Shown: positions 49,589 to 61,248, counted from the first letter of the whole stretch. The stretch is DNA of 63,461 bases, filler included, from Folioceros fuciformis (GCA_049999805.1; 11 parts of 11 records of this genome joined end to end with filler, not necessarily neighbours in it), one strand, 5' to 3'. Numbers and translations are program-made. The notes: generated by a model from the letters alone, not told the origin.

Positions 49589-50290
49589 AGTTGGAAGACT
49601 ACATGCGGAAGCGTGTCTTCAATACAAAAGATAAATTCAGAATGATAAAAATACAAACAGTTGTCTTTTTATAGGTTTCACCCCAAAGGGTGTGACCTTT
49701 TGTTAGCCTAGCTAGCTAACCTAACTGTTAGATAGATAAGCTAAGATAACCTATGGTTAAATAATTCTAGTGGACTGGTACTCCTTCTAACTCTCCCTCT
49801 CAGTCACGTAGAGGTTATGAGAGCTCTACTAGAGATCAGTGCTTAGCAAGTTTGTACTCTAGAGCTATCTACTTTAGCTCGGCTGTCAATTCTTCCAGTC
49901 GCTGACACTGTCAAGAAGTCTGTCGATGGCGACAACCTCTACAGTAGCACACCGGTCATGACCAGAGCAGAAGTAATACTCCAGGTACAGCTGCCCTTGC
50001 ACTAGATGGAGCAAGAAGGAATATCATTACCACGTCTTCAAATTCTCTTGAATTACATAACCACTACAATCTACAAGACCAAGTCCTTCCCTGTGAAAAC
50101 AGTGTCGAAACTTAGGAAGTGACTTTGTCAGAACATCAACTACATTAAGGTCTGTAGACACATAGTGAATCTTCACTAAACCTCGCTCAGCAGCATCCCT
50201 CACATAATGATGTTGGATCTCGATGTGCTTAGTGCGAGCATGGAAAACAGGATTAGCCACCATAGCAATGGCTGACATATTATCACAGTT
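49589..50290 (-). mobile_element. 3' end of a second copia (RNase H, PPT, 3' LTR) abutting the first in opposite orientation
   Basis: CDNMSAIAM..NPVFHARTKHIEIQHHYVRD..VDVLTK; purine tract TGAGAGGGAG near 49792-49801 on minus. Confidence 0.85.
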
Positions 50291-50611
50291 NNNNNNNNNN
50301 NNNNNNNNNNNNNNNNNNNNNNNNNNNNNNNNNNTTAATTAATTAANNNNNNNNNNNNNNNNNNNNNNNNNNNNNNNNNNNNNNNNNNNNGAGGGAACGA
50401 GAAGAGGCGCTTCTCGCAACGATCCTCATACTCGAAGTGTCTGCCATGCATGTAAGTAGCCAACGGAGGGAACGAGAAGAGGCGCTTCTCGCAACGTGGC
50501 AGTCAACCTTCCTAGCCGTGGAGGAGTTGCGCAGCACCATGCCAGATGCAATGAAGGGGAAGAGCAAGGCAGGGACAAGCCACAACGGTGACCAAACCGC
50601 AGCGGACGCTG

Positions 50612-50711
50612 CACTCTTCTTTATGTAAGGTAACGAGTTGGAGACTAGAAAGCTGAAACTCACTCTTCTTTATGTAAGGTAACGAGTTGGAGACTAGAAA
50701 GCTGAAACTCA
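50612..50711 (+). repeat. ~49-bp tandem duplication in LTR-like sequence (minus-strand PPT-like AAGAGGGGGTG near 50866-50876)
   Basis: CACTCTTCTTTATGTAAGGTAACGAGTTGGAGACTAGAAAGCTGAAACT occurs twice. Confidence 0.75.
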
Positions 50712-51505
50712 GCTTGATAAGATAATGTTCAATACAAAAATGTTTGTCTCAACTACTTCTTAATACTGGCCATAGTGTCACTTCGCCAAATGACCTTTCA
50801 TAACCCTAACGTATATATGTTATTAGTACTTAAGCGAGTATTAGGTTATATACATATATCTGCACACCCCCTCTTAACCTCGACGAGCTTAAACAACTGA
50901 TCATGTAGCGCACAGCAAGGACGACAAGGAGCGGGCAGAAGTACTATGTTGATACCGCGAGTTGCGAGCGGCCGCCTAAACCTGCTAGAGGGGCAAGACA
51001 GAACCAGCCATCTGTTCAGCTGGAATCTGCTGGAGCTAACAGCAGCCGCCAGGACTCTGAACCCAACATCGGCATCGGCCAGGTCTTGCACCGCTTAGGA
51101 TTGAAGGTGCAATTTTATGGTGGTAGGATTTGGACGGCGCCTGACCCGGCCACAGAGCCAGACGATGGCGTCAATCCCGAGAGCTTGGAGGGAAGTGAAC
51201 TAATCAGGAACCTTCGGGAGACTTCGATGATGTATCAGCTGAAAACTCCCAAGTAGAAAAAAGGTAATCACTAGCAAAATGATTAGGTTCGTCATGAGAG
51301 CTTCATCCACCTGTTGTGACCCAGGAAAGCAATTCTGAACTGTTTTTAACCTGTTTCTTGTCTCCTTGTGCAGGGAGTTAAGAACTTAGCTGGTTGGATG
51401 TAGGGNNNNNNNNNNNNNNNNNNNNNNNNNNNNNNNNNNNNNNNNNNNNTTAATTAATTAANNNNNNNNNNNNNNNNNNNNNNNNNNNNNNNNNNNNNNN
51501 NNNNN

Positions 51506-54500
51506 AGTTGTTTTCTGGTAGGTAGCAGCCACCCCAGCATCCAAAATTGCTTCACCCTCTTGGACAGACACTACCTGGACACTCCCATCGCTGAGTGCCG
51601 GCTGCGCGCCCGCCTCTCCCAGGTCTAACTGATGATATCCTGACTCTCTTGCCTCCGAAACATTGTCCTCCCACACCATCGTTGTAGGAGGTGCTTGCAG
51701 CACTGCCACACCGCTCTCTTCCTCCGTTCCTGGAGGAGACACGCTAGATCGTGCCCGACAACACCCTTCGCCTAGAGCCCCGGGAGGGGCTCGTTGAGGC
51801 CGCCTACTTAAAGGGCTCTCCAGACCGTCCTTCCCTGCCTCACGGTTGGGCCCCCGCACCGGAGGCTCCTTAATAGCTCCTCCCTCGTCTCTCTTTGTTG
51901 GCAGGGAGAGGGGCCCTGCGCTTGCTACCGAAAGGCCAGTGGATTGATCAACCAAAGACATGGCCAAGGATCCCTCCTGAGCCAAATCGCCGGCTTTGCT
52001 TTCTGCACCCAGAAGCCCCCCATAAACACCATCTTGCACCGCCCTTGCCAGTGCAAGCCTTTTTTCCGACTTCGGCTTCTCCTCTGCACCCAACAGTTTC
52101 CTAGAGACACCGTTCAGCGCCTCCCTTGCCCTTATCGGCCTTTCAACCGATTCAGGCCTCTCCTCTGCACCCAGTAGCTCGTCAGAGGCGCCAGCCTACA
52201 CTGCCCTTGCCCTAGAAATCCTTTCGACCGATTCGGTCTTCTCCTCTCCATGTTTGGTCAAAGAGGCAGGCTGTTGAATCTTCACAGCCAGGGTTTGGGC
52301 TAGGAAATTCTCCTGAGACAGAATTCCCGACCTGTTCCCCACTCTCGGTGACACCCTATTGCCTCTTGCTTGCGCCGCCCATCCCTTTGCTACTGAGTCA
52401 CCCCGAGCACCATCTTCTTGCCTGCCCGTCTCCTCAGATCCCACCTTTAACATGGCCGCCGGGTTCTCCACTTGACGATCCACGACCGCCTCCCTAGGGG
52501 CTGACCCAGGGGGTGCCTTCTGGCAGGTAGCGGGCACCCAAGAAGCCGATCTCTCTTCGCCATCTTGGACAAACTCTGCCTGGATACTTCCATCACCAAG
52601 AGCCGACAACGCACTTGCCTCACCCAAGTCTGGCTGTCGACGTTCAGTCACCTCACTCGGATGCCTCACTAAAGCAGCACGATCTTCGACAGCGACCCCA
52701 AGGTTCTCGTGATCACCCGTCATATGGCTGCTGCCAGCCCTCGGGATGTCCTCCACCCAATCCTAGACTGCACCAGTGGCTACGTCGAAGCTATTCCTCT
52801 GAGACTTGAGAGAAAATAGCGACGATTCTACTTGCACCAACACCAAGACCCCCCCGACAGGCTAGACCACCGCCTCGACAACAATCTCACATCGAGATCG
52901 TCCTCCCAAACGATCTCGATGGGAGATTCTTGCACCACTTCCCCACATCCCCCAACCCCCGGTTCTAGAGAAGCCTCGCTGGATCGTGCCCGCAGAAGCC
53001 AGTCATCCAGAGCCTCAGGAGGAGCTTGTTGAAGTCGCCTGATAGGATGGCTTTCCAGACCGTCCACACCTGCCTCGCGGATGGATCCACCCTTCGTATG
53101 CTCCTAAAGTGCCATCCCCTTGCCGGCACAGGGAGGAGCCCAAAGCCCACCGCCGAAAGGCCAGAGGGACGAACAGCCGGATCCAACGCCAAGGATCCTT
53201 CTAGGGCCTAATAACCCGCACAGCTCTCTGCACCCATTGACCCCCCGGAATTGCTGTCCTGCACCGCCCTTACCCTTGCAGGCTTTTCGACCACCACCGG
53301 CGCCTTGTCTCCTTGCACGATCAGAGAGGCACCGCCAACCTCCAGCCCTTGACAGTGAACAAGCTCGCTGCCTGGCCCTAGATCCTGCTGTCGAATCGGG
53401 TTGTTTTGGCGATCCTCAACCTCTCCCTTGTGTGCCACTGACTCCCCCGACTCCCTCCTACTCTCATGCCCGGCTAGCGCACCTACCACTAGGCCTTGAT
53501 CCTCTCGTGCAGCAATCTCATGAGAGCCTAACCCAAAAGTTTTCGTCGAGCTCAAAACTTCCAGTTTGTGTACCCGTCTCAAGACTTGCTGCCCTGCACC
53601 CTTACAAGCTGCCAGGACATTCCCACCATCCACAGGCTTACCAGAGGGCACCGACCATTCCTCCACCCCCTCAGGAACAGTGTCCAGGGCTACTCCTGAG
53701 AAACCCACCGGAGTGGGAATCTTACAGCAAGCGGTTAGTACCACCTTTGAGGGGCTATGTGGCTTGGTGGCATCAAACATTGCCTTCAAATCTCTCCTGG
53801 TCGGTGCACTCGCGGGGCATGCAAGTTGAAACCCGTGCAACAACTTGTCTGGACTCCCGGTTGCAACTTGGCTCTCTTTAGGAGGGTCGCATAAGATATT
53901 TGCTGGTGCCGACCCTGCTTTCCGGGTGCGCTCGTCATTGTCAAGATCCACCTCCATAGGCATAGCGTCCTCTGCTAACATGTCTTCTTCCCATCTGAGC
54001 TCCCAAGTGCCTGGTAGTTTTATCGAGATTGAGGCCATGAGTAAGCCCAAAAACCCCAGATGAGCCTTGAAGACCACCCTAGATGCTAGTGTGACTCTAC
54101 CTTCGCCAAAATTTGCGTCTCTAATGTAGGCCAGCACCTGTGGTTCCCCATCCACTGTGACACACTGTTGTCCCGAATTTTACATTCATCACCCAACTCA
54201 ATCAATGTGATCGCAAACAGGATGGAAGAGGAGTCTTCCAATTGGTGGCACACCATACTGTGCCTAGCCCCTTGAAGAACCTTTCTCCTAGCTAGTTCGT
54301 CAAACCCCAACCCCGCCTGCAACATGATCCAAGACCTCAGCTTAACGGTATCCCAAAAAGCAAGAAGCTGGTGCCCCGTCGCGGCCCCAATTTGGAGGGA
54401 GCGCGTAGGCAAGGCTCTGAAGTCTCCCACCTTTGGCATCTAGTAGTAGAAAACTTTATCCACCTTCTTTCTCATAAGCACACACACTTTGATGTGCGTG

Positions 54501-54988
54501 TTGGCTGCATCCACACTACCCAAGAATTTTTTTTTTCTAGATTCTACTTGCCCACTGCTGCGTTCTGGGGTTGGACCTCCAAGATTTCTTGAGCACACCT
54601 AGAAAGCCTGGCAGTGGACCCGGATGGGCCTTCTCTGATTTGTCCCCTCCACTGCCAACTCTAGCACAGAGAGGGCAAGTCTGCTTAAGGTGGCTTTTCA
54701 AGCCACAAACGTTGCACCTGACAGGTAGATCCAGGTAGTCAAAAAGCTGCGTAAAACACCTGGTTGGGTCCTCCGGATCGCGAATGATGGCGCCTTCAGG
54801 CAGGTCCAGGAGGCTATCAACCCTCACGCCAAAACGCGGGGGCTTGCTATTGAAAAAAAAGTGCAAATCCACCTTGGGAACCTCCACCACTCGGCCTATA
54901 GTCCCCAAGATCTTGCGTATCATTGGAATGAGCTGCACATGAAGAGCAGGAAGCCCCACCCAGAGAAATTGCCTCTTGATTTTCGACT
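51506..54988 (-). mobile_element. L1-type LINE ORF1 region (DUF4283-like + CX2CX4HX4C knuckle) with a long repetitive low-complexity extension, degenerate
   Basis: WVGLPALH..IGRV..PRFGVRVD..LP..DYLDLPVRCNVCGLKSHLKQTCP; repeated LGAEE.P and DLGEA..DGS.Q modules downstream. Confidence 0.75.
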
Positions 54989-56039
54989 NNNNNNNNNNNN
55001 NNNNNNNNNNNNNNNNNNNNNNNNNNNNNNNNTTAATTAATTAANNNNNNNNNNNNNNNNNNNNNNNNNNNNNNNNNNNNNNNNNNNNGTCTACCACTGA
55101 GATCACTCGTCCACTACTCTCGCAAAAATGACAAAAGTGCCCTTCCTACCTGGACGCAAATTTTTGCCCCTGCATAATCTTCCCAATCATACGGTAATAT
55201 CTACCTAATCCTGTTTATTGCAGGCGTTGGTACTGTTAACAAACTTCTGGGACAACTTGATAAACAGACTTCAGGTGTTTTCAAAACCACCGCGCAGCCG
55301 GGCATATATATAGATAGCCTAGTCCTCTTAGACTCACTATCAACCTATTAGGTAAATCAAGGGTCTAAAGGATTCCAAAACAATTATACTGCAGGCCTTG
55401 ATTGAAGGGTAAGCGATTGATAAAACTATCAGAAGAAAAGATAGAAAGATTGGATCTAAAACTAAGTAGCTCCCCTCATGACATAGTAGATAAGGCTTGG
55501 TCCATTACTTCAATCACTCTAATAGTGCCTAATAGTAAGAGAAGGGATAAGTCTTGGAATCTTATGTATATCCTACTCAAGGGACTACTTGCAAAACGAG
55601 CCACACGAACTGCTTGAACTGCATACTGCCGTCACGAAACATTGCTAATTTTGTCCCTCTGGGCCCTCCGCAATGTGCACTCATTGTGGCTTGCTCTTCA
55701 GGAGAGCCATGGTCCGGCCTACTGGTTTACGGACGGCTTGACAGCCTTTATTACCATCTTATTGCTCAACTTGATCTTGTTTTCGACCCCTGCTTTGGCG
55801 TTCAGATCGGTGAGAGCACGTCACCTATGACTGCTGGCTGTAGAAAACATCGCACTGGGGACACTGCCAGTAATCGGGACTGAAATCGGGGTAAGGGTTT
55901 GGGCGAGGATGCAGCCCGGATAGCTCTTGGACTCACCGGATGCGGAAGTGTGCATTTGCGGCTACGGCGGCTTCGATGATCTCGGCTTCCGTGCAGGTTG
56001 GCTTGCTGTCTGCGATGTTGTTGCGGATGGAGGCGGCCA

Positions 56040-56317
56040 AGAGGGTTTAAAGTGGCACCTGTTGTTCAAAATGGTATTTGCCGCACGGAGGGCTGGGATG
56101 TGGTAGGGCGTGATGTTTTTGTCGTCGAGGAGGACTGTGCCAGCCTGGAGTTGTGCTACCTCTCCATGAGGCTTGCGATGGTGGATTTCCCTGAGCCGCG
56201 CTTCCCCACCATGGTCACTGTCCGTTGTGTTTCGATCTGCAGGTTGAATTTCAGCTCTTGACCGCCTGGCTGTGGCCCTTTCCGAGTACGAGAAGTTGAC
56301 GTTCTGGAACTCCTCAT
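56040..56317 (-). pseudogene. ABCB-type nucleotide-binding-domain fragment, frameshifted
   Basis: EFQNVNFSYSER / FNLQI..RTVTMVGKRGSGKSTIASLMER* / GTVLLDDKNI..ALR; Walker A intact, two frameshifts and a stop. Confidence 0.75.
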
Positions 56318-57471
56318 CGGCCGCCCTGGATCTTGCCCGGCTTGTGGCCCTGTGAGTGTGAAGGAATACACAGGCCTGATATGGAGGATACCGACTCATC
56401 TGCAATCACGTTGGGCTTGTCACAGTCCTTCTGGATCTCGGCGGTGTGATGTCTGCCGATGCCACGTTGTTCACGGTTCCTGGTGTCACGGTTTTCAAGA
56501 CGGCGAGCGCCACCAGATACAGTCCCGAGCAGACGTGGAGACCCGGTACTGCGCAGGCAACAAACAAACCAGAATCTGCACCGAGTTAGATAGTATGCAA
56601 CCCACCAACATCGTCCTTCACTCCCCTTGGCCACACAGGCAATCGCAGTGGTAGTTCCCCTGCCATCCAAGAAGCCAGGCTGCCTCCTGCCTCAAGATGC
56701 CTCTCTGGCACATGGCCCTGATGAGCGACCTCCTTCTCCCTTTTCCTCACCAACATCTCACTCCTTCCACAGCTCATCACTTTGTCAACAACAACGCAAG
56801 CCTTCAAGTCATTGCGCCTATTACTAAAAGGCAGGCGGCAGGTAGGACACAATTTTGCTTAACGATCTTCCAAACCTAGAATATCCTGAAAGAACACCGC
56901 AGAAGTCGTGAAAAACACCGCGTACACACAGTGCAGCACTGTATTGCGCACACACAACACAGGACTCTGGGTTAGACTGGTCCGACAGGAATCAGCAGTG
57001 CTGACAGGAATCCCTAACGCAAAACGCCCCTTCCAGAACAGAAGCATATGAACCTAACAGGATCTTGTTAACGAAACTCGGTGCTGTAATTTTGTGAAGA
57101 ACCTGACCTGACATGCAACACATGTCCATCGCTCAAAGTGCTACTTGGCATGCTTCACTTCAGTGTGCTGGCCTATTGCGCATCCGTTGCCAAATCCCTA
57201 AAGAACGATCCGAGCTAGCAGGAGCACGCACACCGTAGATAGCAAACATGTGCGAGGGAATGGCAGTGAAATTGAAGAAGCGTTTGCAGGTTGCAACTGC
57301 TGGTAAGTTGCTGGCAGGATGCAGGCAAAGCTCAGCCATCCACCTGCTATTGCGATCCCCCACGTGAGAAGGGAGCAGCTTGGTACAAAGGTGCCAAGCC
57401 CAAGTGGCTTGGTTCGTAATGTGGGCACCGGCGCCGGAGACCCATACGTCAAACGTGCCAGACTGAGTGCC

Positions 57472-58620
57472 ATGGGCTGGAGGTGGGCGTTACACTTGTG
57501 TTGTAGTAAGCGTGGGAAGGAGGGCTACGGCGACATGAGTATCGAGTTTACGAGAAACGGAGAAGCGGAGAAGCCGGGGGGGAGGCAGAAGGGGAGGAAG
57601 GCCCCGGGGGAGGACGCGGATGAGAGGAAGCCGGAGGATGGAGATGCGAGGAGGTTGGCTTCGTGGGCGGAGGAGGATGCGGATAGGGAGATGGAGACGG
57701 GGGAGTGGAATCGGAAGTGGAAGCACCTGGCCACCATCCGGTCCGGGAGCGCCAGCAAGATCGGGGACCGCGACCACAATGAGGACGCGCGCATCGTGGT
57801 GGATGATCTGCGGGCGGACGAGCTTGTAGGGAAGCTCTTCGGCAGGAGCGGGTACCGGGAGGGGGCGTTCTATGCGGTGATCGACGGGCACGGCGGCTCG
57901 GCGGCGTCCTCCTTCGCGCAGCAGCATCTTCTGCAGTACGCGCTGGAAGAGAAGAGCTTTAAGGAGGATCCCCAGGGCGCCATCCGGGCCGCGTTCCTGC
58001 GGCTGGACGAGGATCTGCGGCAGCGATGCGAGTGGGAGGTCGGGAAGTGCTCTGGTGCGGTGGCGGTGGCGGCGGCCATCCTGGACGGGGACCTGGTGGT
58101 GGGCAACGTCGGGGACTGCCGGGCGGTGATCTCGGAGAAGGGGAAGGCGGTCGCGCTGAGCAGGGAGCACCGGCCGGGGACAGCGCTGGACGAGCGGGAG
58201 CGCGTGCTCAGCTCCGGTACAGAGATCAACAAGCGCGGCTACGTCGGGGGCGCCGTGGCCATGACCCGGGCCATCGGGGACTGGGATCGCCCCGGGCTCA
58301 AGCACCTGAACCGGAAGAGCGGGAAGAACATGGGCCCCGTGCTCGCTGACCCCGAGTTCGCCGTCATCGCCCTCCGGCCCGAGCACGAGTTCCTGCTGCT
58401 CGGCACCGACGGGGTCTGGGACGCGCTCTCGAGCCAGGAGGCGGTGGACGCCGCCAGGCGCAAGCTGTGTCAGCACGGAGACCCTACGCGCTGCGCAGGC
58501 GAAATCGCCTCCCGGGCCATCCGGGTCGCCCGAAGGTCGTCGCGTGCTGATAACGTCACCGTCGTGGCTGTTTGTCTCCCCATGCGGCAACCCCGCTCTA
58601 GCCGGCAGCACCGAGCTTGA
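57472..58620 (+). CDS. Protein phosphatase 2C (PPM), intronless; start uncertain (57319, 57472 or 57535)
   Basis: GDRDHNED, FYAVIDGHGG, GNVGDCRAVI, LSREHRP, AMTRAIGDW, FLLLGTDGVWD, DNVTVVAV. Confidence 0.92.
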   Translation: MGWRWALHLCCSKRGKEGYGDMSIEFTRNGEAEKPGGRQKGRKAPGEDADERKPEDGDARRLASWAEEDADREMETGEWNRKWKHLATIRSGSASKIGDRDHNEDARIVVDDLRADELVGKLFGRSGYREGAFYAVIDGHGGSAASSFAQQHLLQYALEEKSFKEDPQGAIRAAFLRLDEDLRQRCEWEVGKCSGAVAVAAAILDGDLVVGNVGDCRAVISEKGKAVALSREHRPGTALDERERVLSSGTEINKRGYVGGAVAMTRAIGDWDRPGLKHLNRKSGKNMGPVLADPEFAVIALRPEHEFLLLGTDGVWDALSSQEAVDAARRKLCQHGDPTRCAGEIASRAIRVARRSSRADNVTVVAVCLPMRQPRSSRQHRA

Positions 58621-59111
58621 TGCTTGACGATACTACTCTTGATTGTGTAAACCTTGGAAGATGATCGACTTCGCAAGTTGGAAATGGTTGGAGATTGGTG
58701 CAGCTGCTTAGACACTCAGCGCTGCACATTTTGGGTTTGATTTGGGATCATCCCCTTGCTTGCTGGTGTCCGAGGCTGAATTCATGTATCGGATGCTGCT
58801 CTTAGTTTGTAGAGTTACTGCAAATCCATGGCATCTTGTAATACGATCAAATAGGACGACGGCCGATGCCGAATGGTGGCTTGGACGTACAGCAGCACTT
58901 ACATGCAGGCTTCAAGATATATATGATCGCTGGAAGCTGTCTCGGCAGCTTTTCCACCATACTGCAGTCGTTCTAGTGCTAGGGGCGTCGAGCCTCACGG
59001 TCCAGCTCCCTTCGTTTCCCCTAGGGAATATCTCGAAGGAAGGACGGGAATTTGCTTGTGGGAGTCTTCGCCTCAATCCGGATCTAATCTAGACTTCTAT
59101 TGAGTACAGTG

Positions 59112-59119
59112 TATATAAA
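59112..59119 (+). promoter_or_regulatory. TATA box of the secreted Cys-rich gene
   Basis: TATATAAA about 95 nt upstream of the ATG at 59213. Confidence 0.55.
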
Positions 59120-59212
59120 TCGCCCACCAAAGCAATCAATGCAGTGTTCCATCTTGTCTGCAAATCTCTCTGGCGCTGTGAGTCACCAGGTTCTGAAGTT
59201 AGCACATTCAGG

Positions 59213-59770
59213 ATGGCATTTGTTAAGGTGCTGACACTGGTAATGGCGCTTTTGCTGCCGCTGTGGCTACAGAATTGTGCTAGCGAGCCGGACACCGATC
59301 CCTTTAGGCCCCATTTCGACTGGCACACTCCGCAGCGCCCGCAAGTGAGTTCTCCCCCGCCTCCTCCGCGACTGGCTTGGGCCCCTCCAGTCTGGCCCAA
59401 CTCCCGCTGCTGCTACAATTACATGGATCTTTGGGTTTGTGTGAACCCGCCTTGGCCCCTGGGGTACTGCCGGACAGTGTGTGGTGCTACGGTGTGCGTC
59501 CGGCCCAACTTCGTCACCTCGGGAGATCCAAGTGTCGGGACGGATCCTAAATCAAGCAGCTTGGCTCCTGTCGACGATCCGGAGGACCCACATGCTAAGG
59601 GCAGGAGGTTGTCACCGTGCTGCTTCTGCTTCAACAAACTTCAGATCTGCGTGTTGCCTGGTGTCTACGATAGTGTGCGCACTAGTTTTGTTTGCAAACC
59701 ATGCAGCCAGTTATACGTGTGTTTCGGTTCCTGCCTGACTCATCTTCCTGTGAATCCTTTCCGGCCTTGA
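59213..59770 (+). CDS. Orphan secreted cysteine-rich protein or peptide precursor (185 aa) with two homologous Cys modules
   Basis: Signal-peptide-like MAFVKVLTLVMALLLPLWLQNCAS; CCYNYMDLWVCVNP matches CCFCFNKLQICVLP; DPFRP and NPFRP ends; upstream TATA; good ATG context (AGGATGG). Confidence 0.75.
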   Translation: MAFVKVLTLVMALLLPLWLQNCASEPDTDPFRPHFDWHTPQRPQVSSPPPPPRLAWAPPVWPNSRCCYNYMDLWVCVNPPWPLGYCRTVCGATVCVRPNFVTSGDPSVGTDPKSSSLAPVDDPEDPHAKGRRLSPCCFCFNKLQICVLPGVYDSVRTSFVCKPCSQLYVCFGSCLTHLPVNPFRP

Positions 59771-59845
59771 TCAGCTATGTGTTTAGGCCCTGATCGACTG
59801 TGTGTTTAGGCCTTGATCAGCTACGTGTTTAGACCATGATCAAGC
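59759..59845 (+). repeat. 23-bp tandem repeat, 4 copies, starting at the last codons of the secreted protein
   Basis: Units start at 59759, 59782, 59805 and 59828: TT(C/T)(C/A)G(G/A)CCNTGATC...GTG. Confidence 0.9.
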
Positions 59846-61248
59846 TGCAGAATAATTGTCTCCAGAGGTAATTTGGGAGGAACACTGCCCAGAGTGCAAG
59901 TACTCCTCACCACGATTCAATAAGGGCGGTAGAGGTGTTTCTTGAATCTGGATGATCAACCGGCCGATATGATCTGATGCTTATCAATAAAGTGACCAAT
60001 TTGGTGTGCAGTCGGAATCATCCATGTCGGAAATTTTAACTTAAAGGCATGCTCCATGATGATCTCAGACTAGAGGTGAACATCCTGCTGTCGACTGTCA
60101 TTTCATGCTGCAATCTTCTGAGTCATTTGATCAGGATCTAAGTTTGTGCAGGCTCCATGGGCTCCAAACTTCAGAGTTTAGTATTGTCTGTCTACTTCCC
60201 ATGCTTGTGCCTACCTGCAAAACCTTTGAATGCTCGGCCAGAACAATTTGCTGGAATAGAATGCAGACAACATAATCGATCACTCCGGAAAGTATTTGCA
60301 CCAGGCACTCCAAAGTGATGGGCTGATGAGCCTGAGGCCTAGTAATATGTGAGGTGGAAAGTTGGGCAGAAGACTCGGTCTACGGGTCTGGCTAACTACG
60401 TCCATGCTGGGGGCCGTTCCCCTAGAAATTCCTGGCAGTTTGGGCGTAAGTGGCAAGAGGGGTGTGGGGAACAGTGAGACGGGAGGAGGGAGCAAGCCTT
60501 AGGGCGATTCATGGCTCAAAACCATATGTGGCCGTGCCAGCAGAAACTGCTTGTTCATCAAATGGCACCTGTTTAGAACTTTGTGCAAAATGGGGAACTC
60601 GCGGATTGATCCATCCGTGAGACGTCCCAACTTTGATCATCCCACAACTAACCGTAAGTGAACCCCTTCATAATTGCATCTTCAGAAACCTGTGCTGTCA
60701 CTTAGAAAGGTCGAGCAAGAGATAGAGGGTTTTCGTACCAAGTTACCAGGTCGAGCAAGAGACATAGCCTCTTCGTACCAAGTTGCTCGCTGCACTTGAA
60801 CGCCAGAGGTGATGCCTGAGAACCTTGCGCCTGCTCTCTCTTAGCGTGCACTGAAACAACCACAACCATACTCGAATATCGACTGCCTTGCTCCCCTGCC
60901 TGTCCTGTCCTGCGCTGTGCTGTGACAGCACAGCGCAGTCCAGTTCGTGTTGCAACAGACTGTCTTTCAACCCCTGATGTCTTGCAACGTACTTGCAGCA
61001 CCACAGCCTAATAATTAATGAATATATCTGACGCGATTCTGGAAGGAACTCGTGTGAAGCGCGGACAAGAGTCTCGTAATTCAGAACTGGAGATGCTCGC
61101 TTCCCATCTCCATGTAAGAACACTGTTAAGTTATCAGGCAAATACAGAGCGAGGTAATGGCGGAGTTGCCTGCTGCTTCCTCTCACCTCTTCGCCTCTAG
61201 CTACTGGACCCATAGTCTAGTATGAACGCCACGCTCAGTCTCTACAGG

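Noticed and set aside
57490-58611. 373-aa antisense ORF over PP2C
   Set aside because: GC-rich shadow ORF.
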